Source: an uncultured virus (IMG/VR IMGVR_UViG_3300044637_001924) | Lineage: Duplodnaviria > Heunggongvirae > Uroviricota > Caudoviricetes | Reading direction: 5' to 3' (one strand) | DNA length: 20,000 nucleotides | IMG/VR virus record: IMGVR_UViG_3300044637_001924 | In this document: piece after piece, positions 1 through 8,817 of the stretch | How the letters are laid out: the number at the start of each line of letters is the position of its first letter | Numbering within the stretch: position 1 is the first letter of the stretch | The notes under the pieces: model-generated | Databases searched by the model: none | What the model was told of the DNA's origin: nothing | The model's input: only the letters and a program-made list of their open reading frames with translations | Made by a program: the position numbers and the translations under genes

Positions 1-161
1 TCCAGCACCATGTTGAAGTTTTCCAACTCCATTCCATAACTGTTGGGCGTGAATCTCAGCCCCTGCACCACTTGTGCGGCTCGTTGTGCATCCTGTGGAT
101 TTAAAAAATTGTCAGCATGGATCAATTTCACCATGCCTCTCACCATTGGTGTGCTAGTCAT
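1..161 (-). CDS. 5' part of a gene truncated by the window edge; possibly a 2OG-Fe(II) oxygenase-like/DUF6445-like protein
   Basis: Not in the ORF track. ATG at 161 overlaps the mrp stop region, and the frame is open to the edge: MTSTPMVRGMVKLIHADNFLNPQDAQRAAQVVQGLRFTPNSYGMELENFNMVL. 'LIHADNFLNP' resembles the N-terminal 'xxxDNFxxP' motif of phage 2OG-oxygenase-like proteins; the function call is weak. Confidence 0.55.
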   Translation of the reverse strand, partial: MTSTPMVRGMVKLIHADNFLNPQDAQRAAQVVQGLRFTPNSYGMELENFNMVL

Positions 162-939
162 TCAAAAGTCTCCAAATCTCACTGGCTGTATCTAGGAACA
201 AGGCACTCAAAATATGTGAGGGGTCAGCTACCACCAGTGGAGCGCCTTCATCTCCTTGCCATCGCAACTCAGCATTCAAGGGCAAACTGCACAAAATTTT
301 GGTATCAAATTCTTGGCACAACGTGGCTGCACCAGAGTGACCAAAAACATGATTAGTATGTCCGCAATTCTCACAAACATGTGTGCTCATGTTTTCCACG
401 ACGCCCAACAACCGTAATCCTCTGTTTTGATACATTTGCATGCCTCGTCTTGTATCAGCAACAGCCACCCGTTGCGGGGTTGTCACAGTCACTACTCCTG
501 CAGAGGGTAATTTGTCACAAATGCTGGTGTGAACATCTCCAGTGCCTGGAGGCATGTCCACTACTAAACAGTCTAGTTCTCCCCAATCAGTGTGGCACAA
601 CAAATTGATTACACCCATACTCATCATTGGACCTCGCCAACTAACAGCTTGACTTTCACTTATTCTCGTGGCCAACGTGGTTATTTTTACACCATATTGA
701 ACAAAAGGCAAGCTCAGCTGGGGGTCAGTGCTGACTTTTACACTGGTGTTTTCTGGTAATGCCCACATCACTGCTTGACTGGGACCAGAAATATCAGCAT
801 CCAATAGTCCTATACGCAAGCCTTGATGAGCTAAGCTGGCTGCCAAGTTTGCAGCTACAGTGCTTTTGCCTACACCGCCTTTGCCACTGCTGACCAGCAA
901 ATGGTGCTTCACACCTGTCAATCCACTTGACCCTGTCAT
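154..939 (-). CDS. mrp: Mrp/NBP35 (ApbC) family Fe-S cluster carrier P-loop ATPase
   Basis: Deviant Walker A SSGKGGVGKST, then LDADISGPS, WRGPM, WGELDCLVVDMPPGTGD, VTTPQ and GVVENMS..CENC. ATG overlaps the upstream TGA (937-941). Confidence 0.95.
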   Translation of the reverse strand: MTGSSGLTGVKHHLLVSSGKGGVGKSTVAANLAASLAHQGLRIGLLDADISGPSQAVMWALPENTSVKVSTDPQLSLPFVQYGVKITTLATRISESQAVSWRGPMMSMGVINLLCHTDWGELDCLVVDMPPGTGDVHTSICDKLPSAGVVTVTTPQRVAVADTRRGMQMYQNRGLRLLGVVENMSTHVCENCGHTNHVFGHSGAATLCQEFDTKILCSLPLNAELRWQGDEGAPLVVADPSHILSALFLDTASEIWRLLND

Positions 940-1868
940 CAGTTTTTAAACACTTCAAAATTTACAATTTGTGCGATTTCGTCAATTTGTTTGTTGCTGA
1001 ACCGCATTATGCCATCATTCATCCGGTCCGCAAATTCACAATCTGTGCCAGTAAGTCTGATAGGGCTATATACTGGCTTTTGCCCATTACGGTAGATTTT
1101 GAAATGGTTGGGATAGCTGACATTGATTTCATCTGTACTGCCCATCATCACCAAACCAGGCTTCGCCATAGAGCGCGCCATGTGTTGCCCTACGCTGTCG
1201 CACCCAACAAAATAGTCACACTCTGCTATAAAACTCAAATACATTCTGAGATCTGGATTCATGGTGTCAAGATCAATACTGGTTTTGTCTCCAGGGTGCT
1301 TAAGCTCACGCAAGCCAAAATACACTACCAAAATGTCTTTGTTGAATTTTTGAACCAGGCTGAGATAGTCATCAGGATCCATGCTGCGATGGCTGCTGTC
1401 ATAGGGTTTTCCATTCATCATGCCAATGCCGCTGCCGTAGGGTTGGATTACAACAAGTCGACGTTTGTTGGTTTCGGCTAGCTTTTCCTTGATAAGTCGT
1501 CTCACAGTGTCTCTTTCCAGATTGCTGATGTAGAGATGTGGATGTTCCAAATCACAGTGATCATCAGTTTTGTTGATTTCCTCATCAAAGGCCTCAGCTA
1601 AGCTCAAACGCTGATTGTAGTAGCCGTGAATATAATAAGGCTCTGGACACACCACACGATTGTTTCGGATGAACAAGTCAAACGCACCTTTTTGGCTAAT
1701 ACTAAAACTGCGATTTTGCAGTAATGGGTGGCTCCAGAACAGCAACTCCCAGCCATGTATCAGCACCTTGAAGTCGTCTGTTGGGTTCAATCGTGCATAT
1801 TTCTCCAGTGCTGGTATGGCTGCAATCACACGGCCGGCGCCACCGTTAATGATGAATGTCGTGTTCAT
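939..1868 (-). CDS. GT9-like (heptosyltransferase-type GT-B) glycosyltransferase, 309 aa
   Basis: Start revised to ATG 1868 (MNTTFIINGGAGRVIAAIPALE, AAAGGA just upstream). C-terminal DYFVGCDSVGQHMARSMAKPGLVMMGST matches the GT9 nucleotide-sugar-binding motif. Confidence 0.75.
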   Translation of the reverse strand: MNTTFIINGGAGRVIAAIPALEKYARLNPTDDFKVLIHGWELLFWSHPLLQNRSFSISQKGAFDLFIRNNRVVCPEPYYIHGYYNQRLSLAEAFDEEINKTDDHCDLEHPHLYISNLERDTVRRLIKEKLAETNKRRLVVIQPYGSGIGMMNGKPYDSSHRSMDPDDYLSLVQKFNKDILVVYFGLRELKHPGDKTSIDLDTMNPDLRMYLSFIAECDYFVGCDSVGQHMARSMAKPGLVMMGSTDEINVSYPNHFKIYRNGQKPVYSPIRLTGTDCEFADRMNDGIMRFSNKQIDEIAQIVNFEVFKN

Positions 1869-2511
1869 TGAGGATCCTTTTGTTGGGTTTGGTGAGCAAT
1901 CGCCACCAGCTGTTTTTGTGAACTCTTGGTGTGGTAACGTGGGAAGGGATGAGCCCTTGTGCTTGTGTTTCAAATCCTGTTTTCTCCAAAACTGTAGTGG
2001 TGGGAACCCCATCATCATAAAAACTTGTTTGATTGGGAATGGCTTTAGTGATGTTTTCCACCACAAAAATTGTTCCCCCTGGCTGCAAAAGGTGCCACAG
2101 AAGGGGAATTTCCTGCTCTATATAAGGACTATGTTGCAAAACCCAAACACACATCACATGAGTGAAAGTTCCTGATTTCAACAAGCCAGGCGCATCACTC
2201 AATGCCACAGAAGAGAAGTTTTTGTGATTCACATAATCATTTGCCAATTCCAGCATCTCTGGTTGCAGATCCACACCCACTACACTACAGCTATGCGCTT
2301 GAATCAATGCCTGGCTTAATCGACCCACACCACACCCCCAATCCAGCACTCTACTGTTTTCATCAACAGGGGAGAATGTGGTCAACATATTGAGTGCCCA
2401 TTGGGTTTCTTTTTCCCATCTGCCAGCAGTGGTGCCACCTTCAGGAGTTAAGATCAAGCTTTGTGCATGTTCAAAACTTTCGGGTTTGAAAAAATCAGGA
2501 TTGTAGCTCAT
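1846..2511 (-). CDS. Class I SAM-dependent methyltransferase
   Basis: Motif I VLDWGCGVGRLS, then VVGVD, VWVLQH and LLQPGGTIFV. Confidence 0.9.
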   Translation of the reverse strand: MSYNPDFFKPESFEHAQSLILTPEGGTTAGRWEKETQWALNMLTTFSPVDENSRVLDWGCGVGRLSQALIQAHSCSVVGVDLQPEMLELANDYVNHKNFSSVALSDAPGLLKSGTFTHVMCVWVLQHSPYIEQEIPLLWHLLQPGGTIFVVENITKAIPNQTSFYDDGVPTTTVLEKTGFETQAQGLIPSHVTTPRVHKNSWWRLLTKPNKRILNEHDIHH

Positions 2512-2872
2512 GGTACTTTCGCAATTCCCAGGTGGTGTCTAAGTCTTTGGCCCATTTTGCCAAGTTTTGATAGCTGCTGAGAGGCACTTGCGGCCAAACT
2601 TCTGTCGCATGCAACCTTTGTGTTTTGTCTGCCATTCTTTCAACAGTGACCAAGAGCCCGCACTCACTGGGACGCATGCTGTCGTCCAACAGCCCTTGTA
2701 GCCAAAGGCATTGAAACCGAGTGCAGAATTCAGGTTTAGTGATGTAAATGGTGCAACCTGTGGTGTGCAAAAATCTGCAGGGGGTGCCGCGAGTTTGAAT
2801 GTTTCCATAGGCATTGCCATAGAGATGGCCTTCACAACAGGCAGTGCAACTCCCGCAACTTCTATTGGGCAT
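2495..2872 (-). CDS. YkgJ/CxxCxxCC family Fe-S- or Zn-chelating protein
   Basis: CGSCTACC...CRFL...GCTIY..KP.FC..FQC.WL cysteine pattern; overlaps both neighbours. Confidence 0.8.
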   Translation of the reverse strand: MPNRSCGSCTACCEGHLYGNAYGNIQTRGTPCRFLHTTGCTIYITKPEFCTRFQCLWLQGLLDDSMRPSECGLLVTVERMADKTQRLHATEVWPQVPLSSYQNLAKWAKDLDTTWELRKYHELQS

Positions 2873-3677
2873 AATTTTGCCACCACTGTTTCCAGTCTAA
2901 GAATGGATCCATTTGCGCATCAAATTGCATGTGCAGAGCCAAGCTGGGAATAGGATTGAATCTAATGGCTGGTCCGTTCCGCCAAATATTCCAGATAGTG
3001 TTGTCTTCTGTGTAGCGAAACTCATTTTCCTTGCCCTTGCGCAAATACATGCCGCTGTAGTTCAAACTCAAGGCCTCAAACAAACCCCAATTTTGTTCTA
3101 TCAAGCTTGGCACAGTCAACATCACAAAAGTTGTGTAGATGCCGCTTCTCCAGTGGCGAGCTGTGCCATGCACTAGCCAACAGGGTGGGGTAGGTGGATC
3201 ATAGCATTCAGGCGCGTCGAATGGATATAATACTATCTGATCATTGTTCAATTTTTGTTTGAAGAGGAAATAGCTGTCCACCATCTCTTGTAGAGAGGAT
3301 GGCGCATGTAAGTAGTCATCTTCCACACAATACACTAAGTCACTACTGCTGTTTTTGGCACGCAAAAACACCTCATGTCCTGAGTTTTGATAGCCTTGCG
3401 TTTCCAATTGAACCAGTTCAAAATTTGGTAAGAGAGATCCCTTTTCCTTAAGAAATTCCACTAACGCCGGGCTGCTGCTGTCGTCCAACACAGTGAGTTT
3501 TACGTGAAACCAAGTGCAGTGTAGGATGGCAGCCACAAGGCTGTTGAAACAGCCCTTTACCAAGTCAATTTTTTCCATGTCACAATAGCGCACCCGCCAA
3601 TCATTGTGTACATTGGCTCGATCACAAGTGCGCAAAATCACATGCAACTCAAGAGGATTGGTATTTTGAATACTCAT
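2862..3677 (-). CDS. GT-A fold (GT2-like) glycosyltransferase
   Basis: LTVLDDSSS and DLVYCVEDDYLH (DxD-type) motifs. Start revised to ATG 3677, just after the upstream TGA at 3680-3682. Confidence 0.75.
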   Translation of the reverse strand: MSIQNTNPLELHVILRTCDRANVHNDWRVRYCDMEKIDLVKGCFNSLVAAILHCTWFHVKLTVLDDSSSPALVEFLKEKGSLLPNFELVQLETQGYQNSGHEVFLRAKNSSSDLVYCVEDDYLHAPSSLQEMVDSYFLFKQKLNNDQIVLYPFDAPECYDPPTPPCWLVHGTARHWRSGIYTTFVMLTVPSLIEQNWGLFEALSLNYSGMYLRKGKENEFRYTEDNTIWNIWRNGPAIRFNPIPSLALHMQFDAQMDPFLDWKQWWQNYAQ

Positions 3678-3679
3678 GC

Positions 3680-4459
3680 TCAATATCTCCAAACTTCCAT
3701 ATTGGAGTATTGGCTTAAGATATCTGGAGGCAAAATAGTTTCTCTAGGCCGCCATTCTACTCTGCTGTGTATTTTATGTAATTGCATACCAATCTCTGCA
3801 TCATACTCGTCCCAACTGGCCTCTACCGCGTCAAAATCATGAGGGTAGTAGGGTTCTCCGATGAAATTATACACTGCCTGGAGCACGCCTTGGGGATTTC
3901 GACACAACTGTTCGTATTCGATCAACATCAACATATGTTTTTCTGCACTAGTAATAGCTTGTTTCACTCCAGTATAGGCAAATTCCACTATGCCATTCTT
4001 CTCCATCAACAAGTTCATCCGATCATACACACTGTCGCCAATCCCACCAAAAATGGTGTTTTTGTCAAAAGGGTGTCGTCGATGTGCAGTTTCAAAACTG
4101 TCCAAAACCCATTTGAGGTCACGCACACAAACCAACACTCGTGAGCTGGGATAAACCTCCTGGATTTGTGGCAAGAGTCGGGTCCAGGCTCGGTTGGTGT
4201 TCCAACAAATACTTTTGTCTACATCTTGGTAGTAGCCGTCAAACAATGCTCGCACAAGATTTTTTCTGCGACTCACTGGTACTTCTGTTCGCATACCAGG
4301 ACTGTCTACACTAGTTTCAATCACTCCTCGAACCATAGTGGCCAGTGGATCAGTAATGCTGGCATGCATCACTGGATTCTGCCGCAAAATGCTGCTTAGC
4401 AAGGTGCTTCCGCTCCGTGGTAGCCCGCTTATCATGTGATAGTGTTTTTCAGTTGTCAT
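3680..4459 (-). CDS. PAPS-dependent sulfotransferase (Sulfotransfer_3-like)
   Basis: 5'-PSB loop ISGLPRSGSTLLSSIL, 3'-PB VCVRDLKWVLDS, and IEYEQLCRNP..L..VYNFIG. Start revised to ATG 4459 (MTTEKHYH), which overlaps the upstream stop. Confidence 0.9.
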   Translation of the reverse strand: MTTEKHYHMISGLPRSGSTLLSSILRQNPVMHASITDPLATMVRGVIETSVDSPGMRTEVPVSRRKNLVRALFDGYYQDVDKSICWNTNRAWTRLLPQIQEVYPSSRVLVCVRDLKWVLDSFETAHRRHPFDKNTIFGGIGDSVYDRMNLLMEKNGIVEFAYTGVKQAITSAEKHMLMLIEYEQLCRNPQGVLQAVYNFIGEPYYPHDFDAVEASWDEYDAEIGMQLHKIHSRVEWRPRETILPPDILSQYSNMEVWRY

Positions 4460-5804
4460 TTTGTTGTTTTTCTCGTAGAGTTGTTTTAATAATTTCACCT
4501 GCTCTCTGCAATGGTGTAGACCAACACCCTGGAGTCTGTTGCTTCAGTACACGTAAGCTTTTTGAATACCATGGCGTGCTCTCGTCAGTATGTGTGCTGG
4601 TCCAAACATAATATTCCAAAATAGGCACACACACAATCCCAGGCACTCCCATACTGGCGGCTGCATGTATTATACTAGTACAACTGCTGAGCACAATATC
4701 CATTTGACTGAGATAGTCCAGTGTGTCGTCCCAGGAGTTGATCCTGGCTCGAAGATTATGGCATCTCTCGTGCGTGTGCTGTAGATCAAAATTGTAGATT
4801 TCAACATCCGAGGGTATCACACTCAGCATCTGCTCCAAAGGAATACAGCGATAAATGTCCTGCTCAAAATAAGGGTTGCCTTGACATTTTACCCCAACAC
4901 GTAGTTTTTTTGACGCAGGCAGTTTGGTATGAGGTTGGCCAGACGCTGTGAGATAAGGCCCTTTCCAAAGGTCTTGTTCGCCAACACCCAAATCAATAGG
5001 CAAGTTCATGAGATAAGTCCAGGGCTGATGAACATCAATCTCCTCCTCATTCACCAACACTTCAAATCCATGTCGGCGGAACACTTGGGCTAATCCAGGG
5101 CGGTCTAATATGCTGAAAAGTTTTGGTTGCATACCCAAGTTTTTGAGATGGTTGAAGAACCTGATGTTGATGAGCTCGTCACCAGCTCCTCCGCAGGCAT
5201 TCACATAGAGAGTTTGGCCTGGCACCTTCACTCCATTCCAAATTCTCATTCCTTTGATGTCAAAAACAGTTGTGCGATCTCTGTCCGTGTGTAGGAACCA
5301 CCGAATTCCTTCAGCAGTTTGTCCAGCTCGGAGCAGTGGATGAGTGTCAGTTATGCGCAGATTCTCGCACTGGTCAGCTGTGACCCAAGGCTGACACTTC
5401 AAATCATTTATTACTCTTTCGCTCTCGCCACGCTCACCATTTAACTTCAAACTGGCAGCATAACTCACTATAGCGTCAAAGTCATTTGGGCGCATTTCCA
5501 AATTTATCTTATTGTAAAATAATGCTTTTTCTGGCTGATTTGCACGATAATAGGCTTTGCCTAAGTTCACTCTTGCTACATAAGATTCTTCAGGTGTAGT
5601 GCACATACCTGCAACAGTTTCAGCACACTTGACAGCCAAGTCTGTATGACCAATCTTTAGGCTCACTGTGCCCAAAGTTTCCAGCTCTAGCAGTGTTTGC
5701 GCTCTGGGCCAATAATGGTCCAAGAGTTGAAATGCCAGTGGATGATTTTCCTGTTTGGCCAACTCCAGTGCTGTGGTTTTCACATGCTCAAATGTTGAGC
5801 TCAT
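4449..5804 (-). CDS. TPR-repeat plus GT9-like glycosyltransferase
   Basis: N-terminal TPR-like helices (VNLGKAYYRANQPEKALFYNKINLEMRPND). GT-B motifs GGAGDELINIRF, GNP...RCIPL and SWDDTLDYLSQMDIVLSSCTSIIHAAASMGVP. Confidence 0.8.
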   Translation of the reverse strand: MSSTFEHVKTTALELAKQENHPLAFQLLDHYWPRAQTLLELETLGTVSLKIGHTDLAVKCAETVAGMCTTPEESYVARVNLGKAYYRANQPEKALFYNKINLEMRPNDFDAIVSYAASLKLNGERGESERVINDLKCQPWVTADQCENLRITDTHPLLRAGQTAEGIRWFLHTDRDRTTVFDIKGMRIWNGVKVPGQTLYVNACGGAGDELINIRFFNHLKNLGMQPKLFSILDRPGLAQVFRRHGFEVLVNEEEIDVHQPWTYLMNLPIDLGVGEQDLWKGPYLTASGQPHTKLPASKKLRVGVKCQGNPYFEQDIYRCIPLEQMLSVIPSDVEIYNFDLQHTHERCHNLRARINSWDDTLDYLSQMDIVLSSCTSIIHAAASMGVPGIVCVPILEYYVWTSTHTDESTPWYSKSLRVLKQQTPGCWSTPLQRAGEIIKTTLREKQQNDN

Positions 5805-5807
5805 GGG

Positions 5808-6350
5808 TTACTTTACTACCACTAACTGAATGTAGACTTCGTCGATTATGTTACAGTGCTGTTCAAGATACTGCTCTACCTGTTCTTTAGGTTGCCCCAC
5901 AAATTGATCTTTGTATTTTTCCATGGGTCGCAAGCTGTAGTCCACCACCTCAAAATCCACATTGTAGCGTTCGGCAAGCCTACTGGCATGTGCACCTTGC
6001 TTGCGTGCCAATTGGTTGTATTTGCAGCCAAACAAGCGCAAGCCATCTACAGTGACTGGGCGTTTGTGCGTGGGGTCGCTGAAGAAGTCATCACTGCGGT
6101 GATGAGGTACATGAATATGTACTCTTGCCCCAGGTTTGCACACTCGATAAATTTCCTGCAGACAGTGAAAATACCCCTCGCCCAAGTGCTCTAACACATG
6201 AGTGGCTCTCAACACATCTACACTGTTGGTGGGAAATGGGAAAATGTCTTTTTCAAGGTCAAAACAAAAATCAGGATTGCAGTTGGGATCGTAGTCACAG
6301 TGCACATATCCATCAATCCTGTCTTCACCTGCGCCAATATAGATTTTCAT
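5808..6350 (-). CDS. Small class I SAM methyltransferase (Methyltransf_11-like)
   Basis: KIYIGAG, FPFPTNSVD, HVLEHL, EIYRVCKPGA and DPTH motifs; ATGA overlap with the upstream gene. Confidence 0.85.
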   Translation of the reverse strand: MKIYIGAGEDRIDGYVHCDYDPNCNPDFCFDLEKDIFPFPTNSVDVLRATHVLEHLGEGYFHCLQEIYRVCKPGARVHIHVPHHRSDDFFSDPTHKRPVTVDGLRLFGCKYNQLARKQGAHASRLAERYNVDFEVVDYSLRPMEKYKDQFVGQPKEQVEQYLEQHCNIIDEVYIQLVVVK

Positions 6351-7951
6351 TGTGATTTCTCCAAAAGCTGTCCATTCAACATCAGTGCGGCAACGCTGTC
6401 ATTGGTTTCAAAAAATCTCAAACTCTGTTCAGGAGTTTCCATAATGGGCTCTCCAGCGCCATTCAAGCTGGTGTTGCACAGCACAGGAACGCCTGTCAAT
6501 TGATGGTAACAAGTGAGCAGTTGGTGCAACTGGGGATTTTGTTCAGCTGTAACAGTTTGCGGGCGTGCACTGTTGTCCACATGACACACTGCTGGAATCA
6601 GTTGCGGCTTCAGCACTTGTGCAGTGTAAAGCATGTAGGGGCTCGAGGGTATTGGCAAGGAGAACCAATCGTGGGCGTGTTCCTGCAACACCACAGGCGC
6701 AATAGGTCGAAACCATTCTCTGTTTTTCACTGCGAAATTTATTTTCTCACGCATGTGATAGCTTTGTGCATCAGCCAAAAGACTTCTGTGGCCCAGTGCT
6801 CGAGGCCCATATTCGCTTCTGCCCCAGTGCCAGGCCACTATAGCTCCTTGAGCCAGTAGCTCACAAACTCTAGTGTAGTCCACAATGGAGGTAGTGTTTT
6901 GAGAAGGTCCCAAATAACATAAATTCTGCGGTTGATAATTTTGCCTTGGTAAGTCAAACAAATGGTGCGCTACCCAAAGAGCGGCGCCCACCGCATTGCC
7001 GTCATCGCCACATGCAGGAAAGTGATGAATGCCCTCCCAAAGCTTGCTTTCAGCTATCCGGCTGTTCAAGATGCAGTTCAGCATGCTGCCACCACTGAGG
7101 CATAACTGTCGTTGCGGATAAATTTGGTGCAGTGTAGCTAGTGTTTCCAGAACACTCTTCTCCAGTAGCTCTTGAATAGTAGCAGCCAAATCACTGCTTT
7201 CCTTGTGTGTGAGCTCATGTGGGTGCTTGGCAATGAGTTTTTCCCACACATTGCTCCAGAACTTCCTGTATTCCAACTCAGCGTGTTCTTGAACACTGAA
7301 CCATTGTTTTTTCAAAATCTCATCAAAAATAGGGCCAGTGAGTGATTTACCATAACTGCTGAGTCCCATGGTGGTGCCTGCCTTGCTGTAGGCTGGGGAG
7401 AAACCCAACAGCTCGGTGAAGATGGCATACCCAATACCTGAGATGAGTGTTGGGCACATTTGAGCTTGAAGCTTAGTGCCTTCACCAAAAAACACCATGT
7501 TGTTGTCGCCAAGTTCGCCAAAACTGCTGTCTAAGCTGAAACAAATGGCCTTATCAAAATTGCTAGTGTAGTAGGCACTGCTGGCATGCGCCAAATGATG
7601 TGGCAGCACATACACTGGTATTTTGTGGCTGCCGAGGAAAACACCTGTAAGCGTTCGCACGTCGTTGTTGTAGAGTGAGTAGGCAGTTCTCTCCACAGTG
7701 TTGCCATCACTGTCATATAGTGCCAAGACACCGTTGCTGTGGTTGGCCTTGTAGTCAGCCAATGCTATGCAACTGATGTCCTCAGGTTTAAGTGAAGCTT
7801 CCTGAAGTATAGCCTCAATTGTTTTGTTGGTTACACCAAAAGCCTTTTTTTCTCTAGTAACACGTTCTGTTCCCAAAGCTGCTGTTAATCTGCCATTTTT
7901 CACAACTGCCACAGCACCGTCGTGAGAAAAATTCATTCCCAATATGTTCAT
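6347..7951 (-). CDS. Carbamoyltransferase, NodU/CmcH/TobZ family
   Basis: SHDGAVAVVKNG, HHLAHASSAYY, LSGGSMLNCILN, PACGDDGNAVGAA, GRSEYGPRALGHRS, KNREWFRPIAP, HVDNSARPQTV and NTSLN..GEPI. Confidence 0.95.
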   Translation of the reverse strand: MNILGMNFSHDGAVAVVKNGRLTAALGTERVTREKKAFGVTNKTIEAILQEASLKPEDISCIALADYKANHSNGVLALYDSDGNTVERTAYSLYNNDVRTLTGVFLGSHKIPVYVLPHHLAHASSAYYTSNFDKAICFSLDSSFGELGDNNMVFFGEGTKLQAQMCPTLISGIGYAIFTELLGFSPAYSKAGTTMGLSSYGKSLTGPIFDEILKKQWFSVQEHAELEYRKFWSNVWEKLIAKHPHELTHKESSDLAATIQELLEKSVLETLATLHQIYPQRQLCLSGGSMLNCILNSRIAESKLWEGIHHFPACGDDGNAVGAALWVAHHLFDLPRQNYQPQNLCYLGPSQNTTSIVDYTRVCELLAQGAIVAWHWGRSEYGPRALGHRSLLADAQSYHMREKINFAVKNREWFRPIAPVVLQEHAHDWFSLPIPSSPYMLYTAQVLKPQLIPAVCHVDNSARPQTVTAEQNPQLHQLLTCYHQLTGVPVLCNTSLNGAGEPIMETPEQSLRFFETNDSVAALMLNGQLLEKSQ

Positions 7952-7954
7952 AAC

Positions 7955-8785
7955 TTAGTATAATAGCCATTTGTCCTGAGAAATCAAATAATCACGTAAA
8001 TGTAAATATCCCTTCATCATGGTGTGAAATTTCAATAATTGCCCTTGCATGGTGTTTTTGTTGTAGTCAATTTTTTCCAAATGTTCAAAGTAGAAGAGGC
8101 ATTCTTGTTCGCTGAGATACAAAGGTGCGTTGTACCAACCATGAAATCCCAATGCTGAGGTGTAACCAGTGAGCACTTCTGCACAGAATTTTAAGCTGAT
8201 ATGTGCTGGAGCGAATCGAATGTTGTAGGCAGTTTCAAGGTAATTCTGGTTGAGCAGTGTAATCACAGCATCCTCACTGATGAAGGGCGTGTTGTGATTG
8301 GGGGTGTAGTTCCGGGTTTTGATCTGGGGATCTTCAGCTAGGATTTTGAGGAGGCGACGGCTTCGCAAGCTTAATCCTCCGCCACAGGTGAACCAATCTG
8401 CGTTTTTAAATTCTTGGTAGTGGCCACTGGCTTGCAGGCTGCCTTTCATTGGCGGAAATTCAGGATGCGAGAGGCTGCCCACGTAATCATATTCAAAATA
8501 TTCATCAGTCCAGGCTTTGGGGTTTGTGGCTATGCCATCATAGTGTGCTATCAACACAAAATCAGTGTTGATGTAGCTGTGCATGCTCTTGAGGCAGAAA
8601 TCACAGTATTCCAGCATGCCAAAGTTTTCTGGAATTGGATATTGTGTATGGGGTTGTGCAAGAGTTAATGGTTGATCTGACACCACAATTGTGGTGGTGA
8701 TCGGTGTAGAGGCAAGGGTTTTTTGAAGTGAGAAACTAGTGAGTTCGTGCTGGATGTTTGTGATGGTGAATAGAGTAAGGGTCAT
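7955..8785 (-). CDS. DUF5672-like putative glycosyltransferase
   Basis: YINTDFVLIAHYDG, WTDEYFEYDYVG, GGGLSLRSRRLL, EDAVI, RFAP and GFHG match the DUF5672 pattern. Confidence 0.75.
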   Translation of the reverse strand: MTLTLFTITNIQHELTSFSLQKTLASTPITTTIVVSDQPLTLAQPHTQYPIPENFGMLEYCDFCLKSMHSYINTDFVLIAHYDGIATNPKAWTDEYFEYDYVGSLSHPEFPPMKGSLQASGHYQEFKNADWFTCGGGLSLRSRRLLKILAEDPQIKTRNYTPNHNTPFISEDAVITLLNQNYLETAYNIRFAPAHISLKFCAEVLTGYTSALGFHGWYNAPLYLSEQECLFYFEHLEKIDYNKNTMQGQLLKFHTMMKGYLHLRDYLISQDKWLLY

Positions 8786-8817
8786 CCAGTAAGCTTAGTT
8801 GGCGATTTGACTGTGTG

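Noticed and set aside
1869..2066. N-terminal extension of the GT9-like ORF to 2066
   Set aside because: It lies inside the methyltransferase gene; ATG 1868 has an SD and begins the GT fold.
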